Counted from the first letter of the stretch, positions 1-10,282 are shown. The stretch: 64,000 nt of DNA from Sulfurospirillum sp. (GCA_045047115.1 JASFYR010000013.1:32666-96665); one strand, 5' to 3'. The notes: generated from the sequence alone by a model not told the origin. Translations and numbers: made by a program.

Positions 1-110
1 TAATCTTTCGCCAAAACCAGTGCATCAATATCATCATCCAAGCTCAAAGCAGTATGCAGACCAGCCACCCCTGCACCGATGATAACAACATCTTTATGTA
101 AAAATTTCAT
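1..110 (-). CDS. nadB: L-aspartate oxidase-like FAD oxidoreductase, 5' part (runs off window)
   Basis: Manual translation MKFLHKDVVIIGAGVAGLHTALSLDDDIDALVLAKD; N-terminal GxGxxG FAD-binding motif in NadB-like context. Only 36 codons are visible. Confidence 0.6.
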   Translation of the reverse strand, partial: MKFLHKDVVIIGAGVAGLHTALSLDDDIDALVLAKD

Positions 111-118
111 ACTACCGC

Positions 119-250
119 TCATCTAGCTATCTTGGTATGGCTTGCTTGTGTTTTGTATAAAGGGGGTGCTTTGTATCCGCATCCTAAAAAACTAAAGGCA
201 AGAGATGATATAATTAGAGCATGAAAAAAGTAAATCAAATAATTTCGCAT
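119..250 (-). CDS. Small lipoprotein, LptM/YifL-like (43 aa, not in ORF track)
   Basis: Manual translation MRNYLIYFFHALIISSLAFSFLGCGYKAPPLYKTQASHTKIAR; hydrophobic signal peptide, lipobox FLGC, then CGxKxPxLY. Confidence 0.65.
   Translation of the reverse strand: MRNYLIYFFHALIISSLAFSFLGCGYKAPPLYKTQASHTKIAR
206..214 (+). promoter_or_regulatory. Extended -10 promoter (TGnTATAAT), probably giving a leaderless transcript
   Basis: TGATATAAT at 206-214, 6 nt before the ATG at 221; no Shine-Dalgarno sequence. Confidence 0.55.
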
Positions 251-682
251 TTAAAAACTAAACCTTATCTAAGAAATTTACAGCATATAGACTGTCACAA
301 TCAACTGTTGTCACTTTTACCAAAAAGCTTGAGTAATAATACAAGATTTATATATCAAAAAAATGATACTCTTTTTTTCGTACTCAATCATCCGGGTATA
401 AAAATGGAGTTTAATTATAAGAGTAATTTGATAAAGAGTATATTAAAAAAGCTAATTGAATTCAATCCTGAATGTATTTTTATGAAATCAACCCACATAA
501 AAGCTTTTATAACCAACAAAAAAGATAGAAAAGAGATAGAAAATTCAAAAAAGCAAAAAATTAGATACAAAGAGAGAGCATTTGGTAAATTTGACAACAG
601 CATAAAAGATCAAGAACTTCACAAAATCATAGAAGAGATTAGATTGCAAATCAGAAAAAACAAGACAGATGAGTTTAATTGA
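221..682 (+). CDS. DUF721/DciA-like protein
   Basis: 153 aa; segment TRFIYQKNDTLFFVLNHPGIKMEFNYK resembles the DUF721 core; overlaps the uvrC start. Confidence 0.5.
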   Translation: MKKVNQIISHLKTKPYLRNLQHIDCHNQLLSLLPKSLSNNTRFIYQKNDTLFFVLNHPGIKMEFNYKSNLIKSILKKLIEFNPECIFMKSTHIKAFITNKKDRKEIENSKKQKIRYKERAFGKFDNSIKDQELHKIIEEIRLQIRKNKTDEFN

Positions 683-2462
683 AGATTTAAGAAACTTGCC
701 CCAAAGCAGTGGAGTTTATCAATATTTTGACGAGCAAGAGAGACTTTTATACATAGGTAAAGCAAAAAATTTAAAAAATCGTGTAAAAAGTTACTTTAGA
801 TTTACACCCTCACTCTCACCATCGACAAACTTAAGTATGCGTATCCACAAAATGGTAAGCGAAGCAAAAAGCATAAGATATATCTTGGTTGAAAATGAAC
901 AAGACGCACTCATATTGGAAAATTCTCTCATAAAACAGCTAAAACCAAAATACAATATACTTCTAAGAGATGACAAGACTTACCCATATATAGCCATAAA
1001 TCCTGAAGAGGATTTTCCCAGATTTGAAATTGTAAGAAAAATTATCAAAAAAAAAGGCATGAAGTATTTTGGACCTTTCACAAGCTCATCCAAAGATATA
1101 ATTGACTCTTTGTACCTACTGTTCAATCTTGTTCAGAAAAAAAATTGCCTGAAAAGCAAAAAAGCCTGTCTCTTCCATCAAATGAACAGATGCCATGCTC
1201 CTTGTGTCGGCAAAATCAACAAAACAGAGTATCAAAAGATTGTCACAAATGCAATTTTAGCTCTCAAAGATAAAAAAATCATGATTGAAATGCTAGGTTC
1301 AAAGATGAACAAAGCAGTCGAATTGGAAAATTTTGAAGAGGCCGCTAAGATAAGAGATAAAATGAAAGCTATCAAAAATACTCTACATGTGAGCGATATA
1401 GATTTTGCAAAACTGGAAAATCTGGATCTGTTTTGCATACAAACCACACAAAGCAAAGCGATAATTATGAGACTTTTTATGAGAGAGGGTAAAATAATCT
1501 CAACAAGTCACAATATTTTAAAAAATCAACAAGATTTTGAAAAAGATGAGTTCTATAAAAGGGCACTTTTACAGTTTTACAGCAACAATTCACCGCAACT
1601 TTGCAATCAAATCATTGTCGGTGATGATTTTGCGAGTAAAAATGATATAGAGAGATATCTGTGTAGCACATTCAAAAAAAAGATAAAAATAACCCATCCA
1701 AAAATTGGAGACAAGGCAAATCTGATAAGAATTTCACAAAAAAATGCAAAATATCTACTTTCAATAGAGGTAGAAAAAGAAGACATTCATCCAATCTTAC
1801 AAAGTCTTTTTGAGTTAAAACATGCTCCCTACAGAATCGAAGTTTTTGACAACTCGCATCTAGGAGGCACGGCAACTGTAGGGGCTATGGTTGTTTGGGA
1901 TGGAAAATGGGAAAAAAAATCATACAGAAAGTACAATCTTCACTCCAAAGATGAATATTCTCAAATGCAAGAGTTGCTAAGCAGAAGAATCGAAAGTTTC
2001 ACAACAGAGTCAAAGCCTGATTTATGGCTGATTGATGGTGGAAGCACTCTTTTAAAACTAGCCAAAAAACTACTTGTAAAGTATAAAATAGACTTGGATG
2101 TCCTTGCTATCTCCAAAGAAAAACTTGATTTTAAATCTGTAAGGTCAAAAGGAAGAGCCAAAGATATCATCCACTCATCAAGCAGGAGCTATACTCTGCC
2201 CACAAACGATAGAAGATTGCAATTTTTACAAAAATTAAGAGATGAAGCTCACAGATTTGCGATAACTTTTCACCAAAAAAAGAAAAGAAAAATAGATTTA
2301 AGCAACAAATTAACTACTATAGACGGAATAGGCAACGCTACAGTAAAAAAACTTTTGTCATATTTTGGCTCTTTTGATGCCATATACAAAGCTGGGATAG
2401 AAGAGTTAGAAACTGTATTAAACAGTAAACTTGCTAAAAAAATTTATGACTTTATCCAGTAA
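669..2462 (+). CDS. uvrC: Excinuclease ABC subunit C
   Basis: GIY-YIG (GVYQY...YIGKAKNLKNRV), UVR domain, DNSH, DGG, RDEAHRFA and C-terminal HhH. Confidence 0.97.
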   Translation: MSLIEDLRNLPQSSGVYQYFDEQERLLYIGKAKNLKNRVKSYFRFTPSLSPSTNLSMRIHKMVSEAKSIRYILVENEQDALILENSLIKQLKPKYNILLRDDKTYPYIAINPEEDFPRFEIVRKIIKKKGMKYFGPFTSSSKDIIDSLYLLFNLVQKKNCLKSKKACLFHQMNRCHAPCVGKINKTEYQKIVTNAILALKDKKIMIEMLGSKMNKAVELENFEEAAKIRDKMKAIKNTLHVSDIDFAKLENLDLFCIQTTQSKAIIMRLFMREGKIISTSHNILKNQQDFEKDEFYKRALLQFYSNNSPQLCNQIIVGDDFASKNDIERYLCSTFKKKIKITHPKIGDKANLIRISQKNAKYLLSIEVEKEDIHPILQSLFELKHAPYRIEVFDNSHLGGTATVGAMVVWDGKWEKKSYRKYNLHSKDEYSQMQELLSRRIESFTTESKPDLWLIDGGSTLLKLAKKLLVKYKIDLDVLAISKEKLDFKSVRSKGRAKDIIHSSSRSYTLPTNDRRLQFLQKLRDEAHRFAITFHQKKKRKIDLSNKLTTIDGIGNATVKKLLSYFGSFDAIYKAGIEELETVLNSKLAKKIYDFIQ

Positions 2463-2566
2463 TAGATATAATTTGCCTTTAAGCTAGACTTAGTTAGAAT
2501 TAAATTTTATGCTGGATTTATTACTCCGTTTCGTGGAGCAATAAGAAACCGACTAAAGGATATGGT

Positions 2567-3706
2567 TTGATTTTATACGACAAGAAGAGTAATTTCTTAG
2601 GCATGGGTCAAAGCGAACTCTCGATATTGGGCTACGAAGACATGGAAGAGTTCAAAAGTTATTTTGATGATTTTGCCGATCTGTTTGTTAACCATCCGGG
2701 CTATATATCGAAATTTAAAAATTTCTCTTGGATAGACTATGCACTGCACAGTGGAGCTCCGAATAAAAATGTTCTGCTAAAACATAAAAACGGTACTGAT
2801 ATAGAGACAGGGCTGAAGATATCCGAAATCTCTTTGGTTCAACCGATAAATAATGAAACAGTAGTGTATTGTATAGAACTAGGTATAAATACTTCTTCAT
2901 CAGATTTAACTATAAAGCAAAATATTAAATTATCAGATACAGATACACAAGAACATGTAGAAAATACAGCACCTCTAAAAGATGAATATCATCAGCAAAA
3001 CAACAACGATATGCACAACTTTGATAAAATCTTGGTGAATGACTACAAGGAAGAAGACAAAAATACTCATTTAAAAACACCTATCGACAAAGAAGAAACT
3101 GTCGAAATAATCATAAAACAGAATAACAAAGAAAATACTGAAACAAATGCAGACAACACTATTTACAATAATTCAGAGACTCGGGCTAAAGAAAGTTTCG
3201 CAGAATATAAAGACAAAGAAAAAGAGAGTTACCCTGCTAGAGCGAAAGTTGTTTTTAATGATGAAGATGACGACATGCTCAAAAATAAAATTGAAATATC
3301 TTCTCAAAATGAAAACAATATCTATGAAGAAATCGATACTGTCGATACTGCTTCAGGTAAAAACAGACCAACCTCCACCCAGGATATTCAAAACAAAAAT
3401 ATAGATTTGACAAAAATAGCAGAAGAGACAGGTATGGATCTTGGTGATATAGCTAAGTTTTTGGAAGAGTTTATAAAAGAAGCTAAAAACTATCTTCAAA
3501 AAATAAATGATGATGAAAATTTATCAAATCTTGACTTTGTTAAAGATGAAACCATCAAGCTAAAAGGTGTTGCTTCGATTTTAAAAATCATAAATATAAC
3601 AAATACACTAAATTCTATATTGCAAAAAACTGGACAAGATAAACCAGATGGCTTGTTTAGATTACTGAAAAAACAAATTCAAAGTCTGGAGGAGCAGCTG
3701 TTTTGA
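2567..3706 (+). CDS. Signalling protein: N-terminal PAS-like region, acidic linker, C-terminal HPt-like domain lacking the His
   Basis: TTG start with AAGGA SD; C-terminal IAEETGMD...FLEEFIKEA...ETIKLKGVASIL resembles the HPt HxLKG helix with Ile in place of His. Confidence 0.55.
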   Translation: MILYDKKSNFLGMGQSELSILGYEDMEEFKSYFDDFADLFVNHPGYISKFKNFSWIDYALHSGAPNKNVLLKHKNGTDIETGLKISEISLVQPINNETVVYCIELGINTSSSDLTIKQNIKLSDTDTQEHVENTAPLKDEYHQQNNNDMHNFDKILVNDYKEEDKNTHLKTPIDKEETVEIIIKQNNKENTETNADNTIYNNSETRAKESFAEYKDKEKESYPARAKVVFNDEDDDMLKNKIEISSQNENNIYEEIDTVDTASGKNRPTSTQDIQNKNIDLTKIAEETGMDLGDIAKFLEEFIKEAKNYLQKINDDENLSNLDFVKDETIKLKGVASILKIINITNTLNSILQKTGQDKPDGLFRLLKKQIQSLEEQLF

Positions 3707-4116
3707 AAAAAATACTATTTTTTTTATTGATAATTTTTGCATTTTTGCAGGCAAATAATTTCAGAGACGGTATGCTTTTTTACAAAAATAGTGACTTCAA
3801 AAAAGCAAAAAAGTCTTTTGAACTAGCTATAAGCCAAGACAATGCAATGCAGGCAAACTTTATGCTCGGCAAGATGTATCTTTACGGAGAAGGCGTTTCA
3901 CCACAAAGAGACAAAGCCATACAGTATCTTAAAAAAGCAAGCCAAAATGGCAATATAAGAGCCAACTGTTATCTATCCGAAGCATATTTGAAAAACAATA
4001 CAAACAGAGACAAGATTATCTCTTTACTAAAAAAGGGTCTTGAAAAAAATTTAAAAGAGTGCAAAAAAATTAAAAAAATATATGATATTAAAATAAAACA
4101 AGGAAAAATGAAATGA
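3703..4116 (+). CDS. Secreted Sel1-repeat protein
   Basis: Signal peptide; [34 protein letters not shown] is a Sel1 repeat. Confidence 0.85.
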   Translation: MKKILFFLLIIFAFLQANNFRDGMLFYKNSDFKKAKKSFELAISQDNAMQANFMLGKMYLYGEGVSPQRDKAIQYLKKASQNGNIRANCYLSEAYLKNNTNRDKIISLLKKGLEKNLKECKKIKKIYDIKIKQGKMK

Positions 4117-7100
4117 AATTAAAAATGCAGAATACTCTAAAGATAATCGGCCTTTACCCTATTGTTATACTTTTTATATTTTCATCATATTTTTTATACC
4201 TATCATACAATCAATACAATAAAGCTGTCTTTATAGAAAAAAAACTTGATAGTACCGGGGTCTTGGAAAACTTGTCAAGTGCAATAGCGAAGGAGCGTGG
4301 ACTAAGCTCTGCATTCATTGCCAGCAATGGCCATATCGCCAAGAATGCACTTACCAAACAGAGAGAACTTGTAAATAAAAGTATGAGAAAATTTTATAAT
4401 TTTTACAAAAATCGAGAATCAAGTCAAAAAATCAAAACAATAATAAATCAGTTAAACAAGATAGGTACAATAAGAAAAAAAATCGACTCATTAAAAGATA
4501 TAGATTATGACAAAATATTTTTTTCCTACTATTCACAAATCAATAAAAATATCCTCTCAGAACTGAAAACACTTAAAAATATCGTGACAAATACTGAAAT
4601 AATATCTCTGAGTTCTTCTTTGATTGCAACTATAAGTGATGCGGAATACAACGGTCAAGAGAGAGGTTTTGTAGCAAAAATCATCAGTGAATATGTTCCT
4701 TTCAGTCAAAAAGATATGAAAATTTGGCTGTCAATTTCCGGCGAAACAAACACATTCAATATTGATCAGTTAAAAGATCCTGTGGCAAAAAGGAGAGTAC
4801 AAAGTCTCTACAACTCAAGGCAATCAAAAAAAATATTAAATGAGGTATTAGATGCCAGAACTGATTTGTTGCTAGCATCACAAAGCGGTGAATACCTAAT
4901 AGACCCTACTTTATGGTTTGCCCTTATGACAAAAAAAATTACACTCTTGCAAAAAAGTTCAAAATATATACAAAGCTCTCTTCTAGAAGCTGTGAAAACT
5001 TACAAGAATCAAAATATCGGACAACTTATATCAGCAGGCATCACATGGCTTGCTTCAATTGTTTTTATGTTCATGGGAATAATGCTCTCTAGACAGTTTA
5101 AAAAGAATATCAGTGGACTAGAGGGTGTCTTTAAAAAAGTTGAAGAATTAGCTGAAGCAAAAGAGGATGTTGATTTCAGTACTTCTGATGGAATGTCCAA
5201 AGCATATGAAATTATTGACCAAGCGATTGATAATATCGCCAAAGAGAAAGATGCAGCAAAAGAAGCCAGTGCAGCAAAAAGCATATTTCTGGCAAACATG
5301 TCACACGAGATAAGAACTCCTCTTAACGGAATTATTGGCTTTACAGAATTATTAAAAGGTACTGATTTAGACGATGAAAAGAGAGAGTTTGTAGATATAA
5401 TAGAAAAAAGTTCTGAAAACCTGCTTTCTATCATAAACAACATTCTAGACTTGTCAAAGGTAGAAAGCAACAAAGTAGAAATAGACGATATACTCTTTGC
5501 TCCAATCGAAGAATTTGAAAATGCAATTGAGGTTTATGGTCCTAAAGCTGCAGAGAAAGGCATACATCTCTCAGCCTACATTGATCCAAATTTGAACAAA
5601 TATATCAAAGGAGATATCACAAAGATAAAAGAAGTTCTCATAAACCTTTTAAGCAATGCTGTAAAATTTACTCCTGACAATGGCTACATCACAACAGGGA
5701 TCAAAAGAATAGAGGGTGCGGACAAAGGAAAAATAAAAATTTATTTTAGCGTTCAGGATACCGGAATCGGAATTGAAAAAGAGAAACTAAAAGATATATT
5801 TAGCGCCTTTTCTCAAGCTGACTCAACCATCACAAGAAAATTTGGAGGAACAGGTCTCGGACTGACAATTTCATCAAAATATATAGAGATGATGGGTGGA
5901 ACTTTAGCACTAGAAAGCGAGATTGGAAAAGGCTCAAAATTTTACTTTACACTCGAGTTTAATGAATCAACTTCAAGTAGCGAAGACTACATGGGATCAT
6001 TTAGTGAATTTAGCTGTGCTGTGTTATCTTCTGCGCAAACACCAAAGCCACATAGTCAATTTATCTATAACTATTTTCACTATTTTGGTGCCGATGTAAA
6101 ATTTTATAATGACTTTGGGGGGTTAAAAAATCTAATATACAGATCAGGCTGCAATATAATAGTTGCGGATTATGAAGACTTAAGTAAAGACGAAATAGAA
6201 GAATATAGAAAAATAAAACTTCCTATCATCATCATACTTAAAGCCTCACAGCAATCAAAATTTGACTCGTTAAAATCAAAATATATAACACCTATATATG
6301 AACCTATAAACATGACAAAAATTATAAGAATTTTAAAAGCTGGAAGAGAATTTTTACCATCGAAAGAAATCCCAAAAATACAACCAAAAACAATCTCTAC
6401 ATTTGGCAAAAAATTTAATGCCAATGTTCTTATTGCAGAAGACAATGAAATCAACCAAAAACTTATAAGAAGAACTTTGGAGGATTTAGGTCTGAAAATT
6501 ACTATCGCGACAAATGGACTAGAAGCACTCGAGAAAAGAAAAACCAATAACTATGATTTGATTTTTATGGATATAGCAATGCCTGTTATGGACGGTGTTA
6601 TCTCAACCCAGGAAATCATAAAATATGAAGAGCAAAAGAGCATTCCACATATCCCAATAATTGCGATAACTGCGAATGCGCTCAAAGGCGATCGGGAAAG
6701 ATTTATGAAAGAGGGACTGGATGAATACATAACCAAGCCAATAAAAAAAGACAGTATCTTAAATGTTTTAAATATGTTTATCCCAAATAAAATTGATTTT
6801 GAAGATGGTGAAAACCACGATGAAACTATCATCAAAAAGATAGATGATGAAAAGAATAAAGAAGAAGAGGAAACTACAGAAATTGAAAAGAAAAATATAC
6901 TGATTTTTAAAAAAAGCCCAATCGAAACAAAGATATTCTCTAGTATAATTTCCAAGATGCAAAATGATGTTAACATAGCTAAAAATATCGAAGATTTTAA
7001 AGAAAAAATAGAAAATAATTTTTATAAACTAATCATTTTTGATCAAGAGATTTCCGGATTAGATACGGATGAAGTAGCAAAACTGATAAAAAAATCAAAC

Positions 7101-7250
7101 AAAAAATACGATATAGGAAAAACAAAAATAATTCTGTTTGTTGATTCTTCATCAACTATTTCAGAGGCACAAGAGCAACTTTTTGATACAGTAATATCAA
7201 ATTCAATAAATAAAAATGATCTTGATACTATTATTAAAGAAAATATATAG
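4113..7250 (+). CDS. Hybrid sensor histidine kinase with periplasmic NIT-like domain and receiver domains
   Basis: Two TM helices flank KERGLSSAF and EYNGQERG (NIT-like). H-box [17 protein letters not shown]1/F/G2 boxes, one canonical REC (AEDN...FMDIAMP...TA...KP) and two degenerate RECs. Confidence 0.92.
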   Translation: MKLKMQNTLKIIGLYPIVILFIFSSYFLYLSYNQYNKAVFIEKKLDSTGVLENLSSAIAKERGLSSAFIASNGHIAKNALTKQRELVNKSMRKFYNFYKNRESSQKIKTIINQLNKIGTIRKKIDSLKDIDYDKIFFSYYSQINKNILSELKTLKNIVTNTEIISLSSSLIATISDAEYNGQERGFVAKIISEYVPFSQKDMKIWLSISGETNTFNIDQLKDPVAKRRVQSLYNSRQSKKILNEVLDARTDLLLASQSGEYLIDPTLWFALMTKKITLLQKSSKYIQSSLLEAVKTYKNQNIGQLISAGITWLASIVFMFMGIMLSRQFKKNISGLEGVFKKVEELAEAKEDVDFSTSDGMSKAYEIIDQAIDNIAKEKDAAKEASAAKSIFLANMSHEIRTPLNGIIGFTELLKGTDLDDEKREFVDIIEKSSENLLSIINNILDLSKVESNKVEIDDILFAPIEEFENAIEVYGPKAAEKGIHLSAYIDPNLNKYIKGDITKIKEVLINLLSNAVKFTPDNGYITTGIKRIEGADKGKIKIYFSVQDTGIGIEKEKLKDIFSAFSQADSTITRKFGGTGLGLTISSKYIEMMGGTLALESEIGKGSKFYFTLEFNESTSSSEDYMGSFSEFSCAVLSSAQTPKPHSQFIYNYFHYFGADVKFYNDFGGLKNLIYRSGCNIIVADYEDLSKDEIEEYRKIKLPIIIILKASQQSKFDSLKSKYITPIYEPINMTKIIRILKAGREFLPSKEIPKIQPKTISTFGKKFNANVLIAEDNEINQKLIRRTLEDLGLKITIATNGLEALEKRKTNNYDLIFMDIAMPVMDGVISTQEIIKYEEQKSIPHIPIIAITANALKGDRERFMKEGLDEYITKPIKKDSILNVLNMFIPNKIDFEDGENHDETIIKKIDDEKNKEEEETTEIEKKNILIFKKSPIETKIFSSIISKMQNDVNIAKNIEDFKEKIENNFYKLIIFDQEISGLDTDEVAKLIKKSNKKYDIGKTKIILFVDSSSTISEAQEQLFDTVISNSINKNDLDTIIKENI

Positions 7251-7299
7251 ATGAAGGATTGTAAAGCTACAATTAAAAAAGAAAAAAGGCTGACAAAGA

Positions 7300-7680
7300 A
7301 TGGATAAAAAACTTAAATTACTAGCTGTTGATGATGATTTTATCAATTTAAAATTGATTCATTCTATGTTAAAAAACAATCCTGATATAATTGAGGTCAT
7401 AGAGGCTAAAGACGGGCTGGATGCTCTAAATAAAATCAAAGATATAGACGATATAGACATTATTCTTTTAGATCTCAAAATGCCCGTCATGGACGGCATA
7501 GAGTTTATGGAAAATATCTCATTAATTCCAGGAAAAAGGAATATTCCAATCATAATACTTACTACAGATGAAACAATGAAACACAAGGCATTTGATAGCG
7601 GAGCATTTGATTTTTTAGTAAAACCAATCAGAGAACAAGCATTGTATGAAAAAATCGCAAAAGTTAAAAGTTTACTCTAG
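7300..7680 (+). CDS. Single-domain response regulator
   Basis: VDDD...LLDLKMPVMDG...LTT...KP receiver motifs; no output domain. Confidence 0.92.
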   Translation: MDKKLKLLAVDDDFINLKLIHSMLKNNPDIIEVIEAKDGLDALNKIKDIDDIDIILLDLKMPVMDGIEFMENISLIPGKRNIPIIILTTDETMKHKAFDSGAFDFLVKPIREQALYEKIAKVKSLL

Positions 7681-7683
7681 AAC

Positions 7684-8292
7684 CTATATAACTTTTGAAA
7701 TTTTTTCATAAAGAGAGATTATATCCTCTCTTTTTTCTATAAAACTGTTTTTGTTTGCTATCAAATATGCTGAAGACTCCATAATAGTCTCTACAACTTT
7801 CAAACCATTTTGTTTCATAGTTGCACCAGTTTCTACAATATCAACAATAGCATCACTGAGTCCCACTAAAGGTGCAAGTTCAATCGAGCCATACAGTTTT
7901 ATAATTTTTACTCCCATGGCCTTGTTTGAAAAGTATTTTTGTGCGATATTTGACATCTTTGTAGCAATCTTGATCTCAGGAAGCGAATAGTCAATCTTTT
8001 TATCATTTTGAACTCCTACACAAACCTTACATTTTCCTATACCCAAATCTAACAATCTGACAAGTTCCTCTTCTTTCTCTTCCAAGACATCAAGCCCAAC
8101 GACACCAATGTCCGCAGCCTGATGTAAAACATATGAGGGAACATCTTGATTTCTAACCAGCAAAAATTTAAATCCACCAGTTTCCAATATTAACTTTCTA
8201 TCTTCAAAAACAAATTTTTTACTAAAAATCTCTTCAAATATATCTAAAGTCTCTTTTGCAATTCTTCCTTTTGGCAATGCCACACTTAACAT
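7684..8292 (-). CDS. hisG: ATP phosphoribosyltransferase, short form
   Basis: ALPKGRI and GSIELAPLVGLSDAIVDIVETGATM; 202 aa, lacking the regulatory C-terminal domain. Confidence 0.96.
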   Translation of the reverse strand: MLSVALPKGRIAKETLDIFEEIFSKKFVFEDRKLILETGGFKFLLVRNQDVPSYVLHQAADIGVVGLDVLEEKEEELVRLLDLGIGKCKVCVGVQNDKKIDYSLPEIKIATKMSNIAQKYFSNKAMGVKIIKLYGSIELAPLVGLSDAIVDIVETGATMKQNGLKVVETIMESSAYLIANKNSFIEKREDIISLYEKISKVI

Positions 8293-8906
8293 AAATACTC
8301 CTGTATTGCTTTTTTCATACCTCTAAATATCAGCGTTCTATCATATATGGAATTCTCAAAATACTTAGAGAAAAATTTTCCATCTCCCCCCGTAAAATAA
8401 ATCATTTTATCCTTACAGGAATCTTTTAAAATCATCAATATAGGTTTTATCGCCCCGTAGGAGAGTGCATCAACTGTTTTTTGAGGTAGTGCATCCAAAT
8501 CGATATTTGGCTTTAATCTCAAATCCAATTTTTCTGAAATTCCGGCAAAACATTTCTCATAAGCAGCAAGACCGGGCAGTATATAACCACCCAAATGCAA
8601 TTTATTTGACATTATATCAACCGTTATGGCACTACCTGCATCCACTATCATGCCATCTCTAATCGCAGTACATGCGGCGATTCTATCTATACCCATACCT
8701 TGATATATCGTGTCGAAATTAAAATATGATGCTATGTCTATAAAATATGAACTGTTTTTTAATCTATTTGAGATTTTTTCATTTACACTGATATAATAAA
8801 CCTTCTCTTTTGGCTTATAGTTTTGAAATTCGGAATGATTCATACTCCAAATCTTACCGTCATGAAAAAAATCAATACTATGATTTCCTATATCACAAAG
8901 TATCAT
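8286..8906 (-). CDS. coaX: Type III pantothenate kinase
   Basis: DIGN, GIDR, VDAGSAITVD, GGYILPG and TGGDG motifs. Confidence 0.93.
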   Translation of the reverse strand: MILCDIGNHSIDFFHDGKIWSMNHSEFQNYKPKEKVYYISVNEKISNRLKNSSYFIDIASYFNFDTIYQGMGIDRIAACTAIRDGMIVDAGSAITVDIMSNKLHLGGYILPGLAAYEKCFAGISEKLDLRLKPNIDLDALPQKTVDALSYGAIKPILMILKDSCKDKMIYFTGGDGKFFSKYFENSIYDRTLIFRGMKKAIQEYLC

Positions 8907-9270
8907 CTTTTACCTCTACAATCTTCCAGCCTTCTTCTTTTAGAAAAGAGCTTGCTTTTGAGCATAATGGCGAAGAGATCACTAAAAGCTTATTTTTATA
9001 AGCGTGTTTTTCCAGCTCTTCGAGTCTTCTACATAGTTGCACTATTTCACTTGCATTTTTTTTTAAAAATCTACTCTTTTGTCTAATAAAAAATATAGAA
9101 ATATAGTATCTTTTTTCTGTTACTCCAGAAAATATCTGTATCTTTTTTCTGGTATTTAACAGTGTTAAATCAACCTTTTTTAAAGCATGAAGCACTAAAT
9201 TTTTTGTATTTAAAAGATCCACTATCGTTTTAAAAATATCACCTTCAAGGTTAAACTTATCGCCAATCAA
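8893..9270 (-). CDS. Conserved hypothetical protein (start uncertain)
   Basis: Fills the operon gap; C-terminal SPLCSKASSFLKEEGW. TTG at 9270 chosen because it avoids overlap with the upstream gene. Confidence 0.55.
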   Translation of the reverse strand: MIGDKFNLEGDIFKTIVDLLNTKNLVLHALKKVDLTLLNTRKKIQIFSGVTEKRYYISIFFIRQKSRFLKKNASEIVQLCRRLEELEKHAYKNKLLVISSPLCSKASSFLKEEGWKIVEVKDDTL

Positions 9271-9271
9271 C

Positions 9272-10282
9272 CTATCTCTTCTTTGAGAGTTTAAAATACC
9301 TGTTTTGATAATAAAGCGCATTTTTTGTAAAGTATAAAAATGAATCAATATTATCCGGCATTTTATATATATTGGTCGAAATCAAATCTACATCAGTGGC
9401 TATCAAATATCCTCCTCTCTCTATCATATAAACAAAGTTTCCATAGATAGCTCCGGCAAAAACCGCAAAAGGAAATTTTCTTCTTTTTAAAACTTTCAAG
9501 TCATCATTGCATAATATAACAGAGCCATCTTTTGTAAATACAAAAATTCTGTTTTTAAGAACAACAACATCTTTTACATCTTCATCAAGCATTGCAAAAG
9601 ATTTTGGACTTATTGATATAACCCTTTTTTTAGTGGCAGCTACCAAGCGATTACCCAAAACCCCAAGATATATTATGTTTCCAAAGAACTTCTCATTACT
9701 CACAACCACACTTTTAATTACTTTGGCACTTTTGGCATCTACAATCAAAAGTTTTCCATCAAGTGTAGGATATATAATCAAACTATTTAAAAAATAAGGT
9801 GCTGCAATCCTTGAATCAACCGCATATACAGAATCACCTTGTAAATCCAAGATATATTTATCCCTTTTCATATCAAGAAGTATGATTCTGTTTGATGCCA
9901 GTACTATAGCTATTTTTGAATTTTTAATACTTGCAGAGGCAACATCTTCATCAAACTTTTTTTTGAAAATTATTTTGGATTTATCATTTAAAACTATCAG
10001 CTCTCCACACTTGGATGTAGCAAGATATTTTCCGTTATCATCTCCCAAAAATGAAAAACCCATCGGTAACTTTATTTCCTGCAGACCTTGACTTGTGATA
10101 ATTTGTCCGTTTTCCAGAGTTGCACCACCTCTTGTAACATCAACTATACTGCCAGGAAGTGTTCCGTCATAACTGATAGCATATGAGACATTTTTGGGTT
10201 CAAAATAGTGCCTTTTGGTACCACAACCGGAAAATACTACAAGCGCAACCAATGAAAGAAATATTAAACTAAAGATTTTCAT
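9272..10282 (-). CDS. Beta-propeller outer-membrane lipoprotein (BamB/PgbB-like)
   Basis: Lipobox FSGC; repeated short beta-strand units (APYFLNSLIIYPTLDGKLLIVDAKS). Confidence 0.6.
   Translation of the reverse strand: MKIFSLIFLSLVALVVFSGCGTKRHYFEPKNVSYAISYDGTLPGSIVDVTRGGATLENGQIITSQGLQEIKLPMGFSFLGDDNGKYLATSKCGELIVLNDKSKIIFKKKFDEDVASASIKNSKIAIVLASNRIILLDMKRDKYILDLQGDSVYAVDSRIAAPYFLNSLIIYPTLDGKLLIVDAKSAKVIKSVVVSNEKFFGNIIYLGVLGNRLVAATKKRVISISPKSFAMLDEDVKDVVVLKNRIFVFTKDGSVILCNDDLKVLKRRKFPFAVFAGAIYGNFVYMIERGGYLIATDVDLISTNIYKMPDNIDSFLYFTKNALYYQNRYFKLSKKR

Noticed and set aside
1047..1055. Poly-A runs of 8-9 nt as phase-variation tracts
   Set aside because: Expected from Lys codons in AT-rich DNA; frames are intact and I saw no long poly-G/C tracts, including in the LPS genes.
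2510..2555. Known riboswitch (e.g. c-di-GMP) in the UTR before the signalling operon
   Set aside because: Too short and lacks the conserved motifs I would expect; kept only as an unclassified hairpin.
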